DNA of 62,298 bases, the filler included, from Sluysia triapertura (lineage: Eukaryota): the NCBI GenBank assembly GCA_046118255.1. It is 5 parts of 5 records of this genome, joined end to end, with 100 filler letters (N's around TTAATTAATTAA, not from the genome) between each part and the next. Parts side by side here need not be neighbours in the genome. Positions count along the whole stretch, not along the records: positions 47,054 to 62,298 come from JBJNIA010233785.1; 4 more parts are not named here. One strand, written 5' to 3'. Shown piece after piece: positions 54,301-62,298 of this stretch (position 1 is its first letter; each line of letters begins with the position of its first letter). The position numbers and the translations under genes were made by a program. The notes beneath the pieces were generated by a model. It was not told the DNA's origin. It ran no database searches and worked only from the letters and a program-made list of their open reading frames with translations.

Positions 54301-57300
54301 GCGCCAAATAACTTGGATATTACAAATTCTAATTCTTCAAATGATTCTTCGGCTAATACCGAATCTGGTTATTCCAATATATCTTTACCACTTCGTTTTG
54401 ATTCACCAACTCCTCATCTGCGTTTCCAAGTCTCTACACTTCTCAGAAATATTTTACCACGAATTCATCGAGCAGCTGCAATACAACATCCATTAAGTAG
54501 TCATGCTACCACAGGAACCACAACACATCGTTTTCCAGATTCTTATCAGCCTATACATTATCCGCCTTATTTCAATTCTGCTCCATACAATTATTCATTT
54601 CCGCCAAATAGTAGTATGACAAGCACTAACAATATAAATATAAATAACAATAATGGTAACATCAGCACTTTTGATGATTATTCTATTCCTCAGTCTTCTG
54701 TGCCGTCATCACAATTTGATACAGATAATCAGTTTTATAATTTAAACCCTACATATCATCGAAATTTGCGATTTTCACGTCGTTATTTCAACTCTCAACG
54801 CCATCGATTTTTTCGAGAACAGCCATATACTCCTCTTTCTGATAATTTGGCTACAACTACAACGCAAACTCAAAATCTTAACAACATGACAATAAATAAT
54901 CCACTGCAACAGCATACGTATCCATTGTTAAACTCATCTAGTATGAGTTCGTTTTCTCCGTATAGACGACGAAATATTAGTCCTATATTTGGTACTTTAA
55001 ATTCAAGCGGCTCTACACCAGTTTTACAAAGAAGTGATTTTTCTACAGAAAATCTTGATTCATCATTGAATAATTTTCTTCGTGCTTTTGGATTAGAAGA
55101 AATTCGACAAGTGAGATAAATTTAACTAAATATTTTTCTGTATCAAACTAATTTCTTTATAAGCTGTTTTTGACATTTTTCCAATTATATATTTTCCTGA
55201 CCTTTCTTGACGTCAGGAAATTGCATATGAAGATGATGTTTCATTAAGAAAATTTAACTGAAGCAACCCATAAAACATTTATGATATCATGATATATAAG
55301 AAAAATTAGAGTTTTTCAAGATAAACACTCTATGTGTATACAAACTTAGTATTCATTCATATTAATGGGCCACAAATGGTTGAAAATCATTTTTGAGCTT
55401 AAAATTTTTGTTTTTAATTCATTTTATCATGTGTAAAATGCAAATTTTAAAATAAACTATTGGTATAAAAATATTCGTCATAGTTTTAGATTGCACTGTC
55501 AATATAATATAAGATTATTTTTTTATAATTTAAATTGTTTTAATGCATATGTAAAAACTAATATAAGTGTATTTTATTTTAAGTTGTTTTTTCTTCAAAA
55601 TACAATCAGATTCTTTTGCTCAATACATCTTTGGTTATAAATGTGTTATTTAAATATAAGTTAATCACTGAACTATGTTCTAACAAAGATCTTTTCTGAA
55701 CTATAATCTATATGTTATCTAAGTATATGTCAGTGTGAGTTATGTACTCGTCTCAGCTGCTCCAGATGGAAGTGCTTAACAAATAAGATACGATTTGAAC
55801 CACATATACTCTGTTTTCAAATTCTTTCTATGAACTCTGTTTTTTCACGTTTTAATCGTTATGATTGTTTTAAAAAATTCTATTTATACAAACCTTAAGT
55901 TTTGTCTTAGACCTTATTTTCAATCCCCTATTTGTTTATCTTACTAAAAAGAATTACACAAGCGTTGAATAGTGAGACTATATTATAACAAAAATATTGC
56001 ACAAGTACAATTAATTTTACAAATAGTGAAATTACATATATTATAACAATCAAGAAAGTAAATATAACTTCAACAATTTAAGTTAGGATTACTTCTAAAA
56101 TATTGTTTTCAAATTCTTGGAATAAATTCACGTCTTAATATGAATCTTATTGTTAATAATCGTCTTAATTCTTATTCGTTTATTGCATGCTATCTGTCGA
56201 ATTGCAAATAATCGTTTCGATTTTTTACTCACCGCCTCTAATTATATTCGTTGAAATTATCTAAGAATTATGTTACTTTATTTTATTTGTTCGTTGTCTG
56301 TATTTATATACATAATAAATTACATGAAAATCGATCGGATAATTTTTGGCTTAAAATTATACAAATAATATAATAATAAATAACATATATAAGTCAATTA
56401 TATACATACCCAAATTTATATTGTAAGCACTTATTAAATTATTATTAGACTATTTATTCACAAATTTTATAATTATCTATAATATTAAATCTTATTTTAA
56501 AATGATTTTAATCGATTGTAATGTTTCTTAATTTCAATTTCGTATTAAAAATTAATACGAATTAATTTCGTATTTCTGTGTAATCTTAATTTAAAATGAT
56601 TTATGATAGTGAGTTTTATATTTTTAAATATTGGTTTCGTATGGTTACTATACAATTTCAATTTAAGATGATTTTGCTACTGAAACATTAAAGCATTTCT
56701 AAGGCATTTTACTTTTTCATTTAATTATCGAGCATTTTTAAAGTGTTCAGATATTCATACTAAAATAATTTTATTTTTAATCAACATGCGAATCTAATTA
56801 GAGTACCACACAGTATTTTCAGACATTCCGTTACAAAATTTTATAATATTTTTCTACGTATTTTAAAAGATTTTATATAAATATTTTATGAATATTATGT
56901 TGATATTCTTAACATATTTTAATATTCTTAAATAAAAGTATTTTACTGTATTACAAACTTTATAATATAATAATTTCAAGTTAAAAAATTATGCTTGTTA
57001 ATAATCAATGGTTATAATCTATTTTATAAGCAATGGTTAATTTTATTTAAAATCTAAACTCAAAAAAACCTCGCCTGTCAATAATTGATTGCTTTTGCTC
57101 GTCGTACTCATTAGAATTATCTAAATTTTTAGAAATTTTAAGTAATATCGAATGATCATTAATTTTCAATATAAATTGTATGTGATGTGAATGTAACTCT
57201 TCTGATATTCGTGATAGAAGTGCAGATAAAATTGTGATGAATTAAATGTAATTAACAAAAATATAAATTTTAAGTTTAGATATTGTACTAGAGTTCGTCG

Positions 57301-60300
57301 CGTGATAAAATAATGATTTCTCATGCAAGAATTTATTCAAAAACAACTATTCTTCAAAAGAAAGACCATTATTGTCCACAACCTTCTGTCATTGACGTTC
57401 AAATTTTTGGATTTGGTCAAAGTACCACTTCTTCGGCTTTGAATCAAAAAATATATATCTTATAATTAAATTATATTTCATTACATGTGCATAATAGTGA
57501 ATATTTTATAAAAACTTATGACACTGTAAACTTTCAAACATTTCCTCAATATGCTACTATAGTTATTTTTTATAATACCTATATTTCTATTTATTTATGC
57601 TGTTTATTTAATAAATTCTGGTTTTTAAATAAGAATTGAAATTATATCGAACATGTTATATACTTTTTTTCCAAGTGTTATATTATTTAAGGATCGCGAT
57701 TAGTAATTTAAAATTATACATTGTTTTCAACATGTTATAAACGTTTTATTTGTATTTTATCAAATAAAAGACAATTGTTTTGATTTGTTTCATAATATTA
57801 CTTCATATTTTCTATTTTGATAGCAGTTTGAAAAACTGGGAATTATCTTGGTATGCTAAAGAAATAATTTGTATCTATACAACAATTAGCAAAAAACGCA
57901 TTTTTCGCCAGGATGGAACTCTAGATGTTTATGAAGGAATTGTTCGAGATTTTTTCGATTCTATATTTTCCACAACGTTGTGACCATTTGTCTTGTGTTT
58001 AAATTTGTTAAAAGTGCAATAACTTATATTAAAGATAAATAAGTTCAACACTTTAACAAATTTGATATGCTATATGTTAAATAAAAGTTAGTACATACAC
58101 ATTTTAAAAGAGTGAAATCAGGAATGGATTTATTAGTGTTCATGTAAGTTAAAATTAAGAAAAAAACTAACTATTTAATGCATTCGTTGCCTAACACGAG
58201 AATACTCTTCTACAAGATGATATCCATTGCGATACTTTCAATATGTAATAACAAAAGGCCTTTTGAATTTGCAAAATTTGTGGTCACAAACATAAATAAG
58301 TGTAAAAAACTTGGGAAAATGCTACAAACAAAACTTATTACAAAAAATATTTAAACAGAATATTTATAAATATTTATAAATTTAAAAACTCAAATTTCAT
58401 TGGGAATAACTTCATATAATTTAGGCTTGGCAGCAAACTGGTTAATATGGTTGATATATTATATTTGGTTTTCTTTATATTTTTCGATAAAAACCTACGG
58501 GAAGATGAAAAATATGAATTTTAAATATATTTAGTCAATAAATAATCATCGTCCTTTTTGATAATCTCATATCTATGATGAGATTTATGTGTAAGATTTG
58601 TTGTAAAAATCTTTATTTGGTATTGAAATATTTTATATAATCAATTTCTTCGGAGAACCAGCCTTCTAAGAAGTGTTACATCGAGCGAAACAGCTGGTAA
58701 TATCTCAGCTGGTAATATGACTTGGATGTGACAGAATTTTACAATTAAATCCTGTTAGAGTATGATGTTTTGCAATATCGTGAAACAGAATTTCACCTAT
58801 TTTTATAAATGGTAACCGAACTTATCATAATGTAATTGTTGGCAATATTTTCCGCTCATCTTCAATAATCCATAATGTACGACTTTAATTATATTACACC
58901 AAATACCCAAAATAACCTTTCTTGGTGTAATGTACTTTGAAGAGTCGGTATAATATGTTGGCATACATAATGTCACTGCTTTTTGCAATTCTTATCAATA
59001 CCTGCTTTTCATCTTCCATAACAAGACAGTCTAAAAATGTGTAGAATCTGGGTGTGTTTTTGGAATTTTATAAAAAAGCTAAGTCTTCGTAATAAAGAAG
59101 TTAAAATACGATTCTTAGAAACTTTTGTTGTGCTGTAAAATTATGTAGAACCCAACCGCTGCTCTTTAGTATCTTTCCAAGTAATACTAACTTATTTAAA
59201 ACATTGTTTGGATGTTTCGAGAATCATGGCTATTTTTCTATTTGAATGTTTTGGATTAGATTCTATTGTCCATTTCTGAAGTTCGTTGCAGAATCTGAAT
59301 GTTTTTAGGATTTTTTATAATGTTTCATAATGTCGTGTATGAAATTTATCATTAAAATTGAAATCTACGTTTATACTTATGATGAATATTTAAACAATAT
59401 TTTGTTAAATATGCATAAAATTTTCCTTAACTATTTTCTAGCGTGTTATTATTTATTCTAGCGCCAACTATCTGAAAGAAACATTGAATCAGAATACATG
59501 CGTGAGTATCAGTATCCTTTCTCTTCTGCGTTTAATGACAGAAATTTGTGGACTATGGTAAATATAATTATTAATTTTTATATATAACTTAGAGTAGTGG
59601 TATGGAAAATGTTATTCATTTAGCCCTTCATTTGGAATCTTCTTGGAAAGGAATTAATTCTGAAGAACTGGGTCAATTACCAACACATATTTACCAGGAA
59701 AAAGTATTAGATAGTTCAAGAAACTCAAGCAATCGTGATAATATTATTGAGTCAGAATCGGAAGCATATACACAAGATAAGTGTATTATATGTTTAGATG
59801 AATTTGTGAAAGGAGATTCGTTACGAACTCTTGGTTGTAGTCATCAATATCATGTCAAATGTATTGATAAGTGGTTAAAGGTATGCAAAGTTTCATTTTA
59901 TTACATTAAATGTTCATTAGAAAAATACTATTTCGTTTAATTATTTATCACGTCATATCATACAAATTTAAAGTTTATTAAGTAAAGAATTGTAAATTTA
60001 AAATTTTTTTATTTAAAGTATTTAGTATTTTTAAAGTAAAAATGAACTAATTACAAGAAATTGAACTATCATAATTTTATAATGATTAATAATTTTTAAA
60101 AATAGAAATTTACAAGTTTATGCACAACCATATAGGAAAGTATTTGTTAATTCATCATGTTATTAAAACGTTCAGAAAATGGTTATTTGCACATTTGATT
60201 CCTAGTCTGTATTTTCAGTAATCCTTAGTAAAATACATTTAGTCCATTAATTATTAATAATGAGTATTAAATGATTAAAATCTGCAGTAAATTTATTAAA

Positions 60301-61169
60301 CAAAATGTATGGATTCAAATTTTTATTAGATGAATATGCACTAAAAAATCACGAATGTTTCAATTTATAAAATAACTTTAAAAAACTATTTGAATAATTA
60401 CGAGTGATGATTTTATTTTTTTACTTTATATACGAGGTGATTGAAAAGTAACTTCCTATTTTATGATACCTACAATTTAATTCAAATGCCGCAATGCGTT
60501 TCTCAACTTTTGTGTATATCTTCTTAATTTAATCTATCCTCGTTTTCTTTTTTGATCTATTTTGTGAATTTTTAATTAATTTGTTTGAATTTTGAAAACC
60601 CTACAAAAATGGTTCGACGTCTTACACCACAGGAACGTGCCCAGATAGCTGTACGTTACGAAGTTTGGAGAACCATTAAGCTCCTCCACACTTTGTTGTT
60701 CGTGAATGGCAGAATGATATATTTCTTAGAAGATGGATGGATCGTCGTGGTTCACACAAATGGCCAGCCAGAAGTCCTGACTTAACACCATGTGACTTTT
60801 TTCTCGGGTTGGTTGAAAGAGTAAGCCTACTCAACCAAACCAATAAATTTGGAAGGGCGAATACGTTAAGTTATGGCTTTCATCCCGCAAGAGTTCCTGG
60901 TCGACTTGAGAAACTAGTGGCGAATGATGGTGCCTATGTTGAATTTTAAATAAAGTCCATGCAACATACTTTATATTTATAAAACGTATAAATTATATTT
61001 AAATTATAAATTACAGTTATTTTAAAACAGGGAGTTACTTTGGAATCACTCTGTATTTTTTATAGTTTGTTTTTATTATATTCAGATGAATCGTACATGC
61101 CCTATGTGCCGCGCTGATGCATTAATTGGTATATCATCAAAATCAGATCCATCTCCTTTCTACTGCTAA
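51326..61169 (+). CDS. RING-H2 E3 ubiquitin ligase with a long S/N/P-rich disordered N-terminus, RNF38/RNF44-like
   Basis: Exons 51326-51659, 51725-51780, 51813-52293 (needs a 1-nt correction at T6 51942-51947 or an intron at 51898-52000), 54208-55110, 59462-59557, 59593-59880 and 61086-61169. The spliced C-terminus is CIICLDEFVKGDSLRTLGCSHQYHVKCIDKWLK|MNRTCPMCRADA, resembling the RNF38/44 pattern KCVDKWLK.NRTCPICRADA. Confidence 0.87.
58580..59050 (-). mobile_element. Mariner transposase remnant in a RING-gene intron
   Basis: KVILGIWCNIIKVVHYGLLK..YCQQL, LFHDIAKHH and YQLFRSM*HFL motifs. Confidence 0.75.
60433..61053 (+). mobile_element. Internally deleted Tc1/mariner element in the intron that splits the RING domain
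   Basis: TA|CGAGGTGATTGAAAAGTAACTTCCT ... AGGGAGTTACTTTGGAATCACTCTG|TA. Contains MVRRLTPQERAQIAVRYEVW and WPARSPDLTPCDFF. Confidence 0.88.
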
Positions 61170-61310
61170 TACATTGGTTTGTGACTGACTTCAAACAACA
61201 GTTGATTTCGAATGTTACTGTTTTATCAAGTACTAATGTAACATGCACTTCTGCCTCATTTTTCTAATTGGATTACTTTAGTTATAGTGATACATGTATC
61301 TCATTACACA

Positions 61311-61373
<63 letters not shown>

Positions 61374-61936
61374 ATTACTATTTGTATGTTATGTATAAAA
61401 ATTATTTTTTTGTTACGAGTTTAGTATGTTATTTTAATAAGTCATTATAGTTTTCAATCTCATGAATGCAAGTGACATGCCGCGTGAGTTTTCTGAGCAA
61501 AATTCGACTTTGGTTATTTATTTTTATGAAGTTATAACTACAAAATTGGAGTTTATGCTGATACATGCCCTAATAACTATTATTTTCTCATTTTTTTGTT
61601 TAATACATATTTCGTAACAAAATTTCATCCATAATTTGTTTTATTTGGTTAAGGACGAGTGCATATTTTTTGGAGATCAATATTTAATTTTGTTCATAAA
61701 TGTGATCTAAACATATTAATAATCAAAAGGAAACAAGAAAATATAGATCGTAAAACTGTTACTACACGTCGTAAAGCCTAAGATTTAACTTCATAAATTA
61801 AAATGTGGAATATTGAGTTCTTTTGCACTTTTCATATATTAAATTTCAGTATCAAATTTGTTTCATGAATCCATTCTGAAATACTAAAAATAAACAATAA
61901 AGTTATATAATTATTAAAAAAATAATCAATATAAAA

Positions 61937-62298
61937 ATGTTAATAGTTACGATAAGTACAATACTTTACGTCGGAAAAGGAATTTTTGCTGCAGAATCAG
62001 AAGTGTTAAAATTTAATGATGAATTTATTAAATATCCTGTTCGATTGGTTACAATGTTGATATCAGATAAGGCAGAATACTATCATTATGAAATTAAGAT
62101 ATTAGTCTCTGATTTTAAGAAAGTGCAAGAAGTCTCATCAATTAATAAATTAAGCGAAAGGAATTGTATTGATACAATAAATTTTTTGATATCTGGTATC
62201 AAGTTAAAACTGTTCTACACATTAGATCAGTGGTGTCAAAGTGGCGGCCCGTGTATTTACAAACAATACCAGGATAGGTACACGAATATTCATCCGTT
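61937..62298 (+). CDS. Hypothetical protein; ORF open to the window edge with a signal-peptide-like N-terminus
   Basis: AAAAATG start and 120 stop-free codons: MLIVTISTILYVGKGIFAAESEVLKFNDEFIKYPVRLVTML... Absent from the ORF track because it has no stop in the window. Confidence 0.4.
   Translation, partial: MLIVTISTILYVGKGIFAAESEVLKFNDEFIKYPVRLVTMLISDKAEYYHYEIKILVSDFKKVQEVSSINKLSERNCIDTINFLISGIKLKLFYTLDQWCQSGGPCIYKQYQDRYTNIHP

Overview
Very AT-rich eukaryotic (probably animal) genomic DNA. It consists of five contigs joined by artificial 100-nt linkers (44 N + TTAATTAATTAA + 44 N), so adjacency across the linkers is unproven. Three spliced host genes can be reconstructed with phase-consistent GT-AG introns: the UBA/spacer part of a MARK/PAR-1 kinase (minus strand), the 3' half of a TCP11-family gene (minus strand), and a probably complete RNF38/RNF44-like RING-H2 E3 ligase (plus strand). 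An unassigned ORF with a signal-peptide-like start runs off the right end. Introns and intergenic DNA hold many Tc1/mariner, pogo/Tigger and piggyBac-type remnants/MITEs and (AAT)n microsatellites. Two virus-like elements stand out. The first is a decayed Maverick/Polinton (integrase, minor capsid, major capsid and protease remnants, about 13-16 kb), which the ORF track misses. The second, and the top candidate, is a Ty3/Gypsy-type retroelement at about 47.2-50.45 kb in which a chuvirus-like (class III, gB-type) envelope glycoprotein lies upstream of pol and reads in frame through its TM anchor and tail into the aspartic protease, followed by RT (Env-PR-RT order). All family assignments come from motif recognition by eye; no database search was run.
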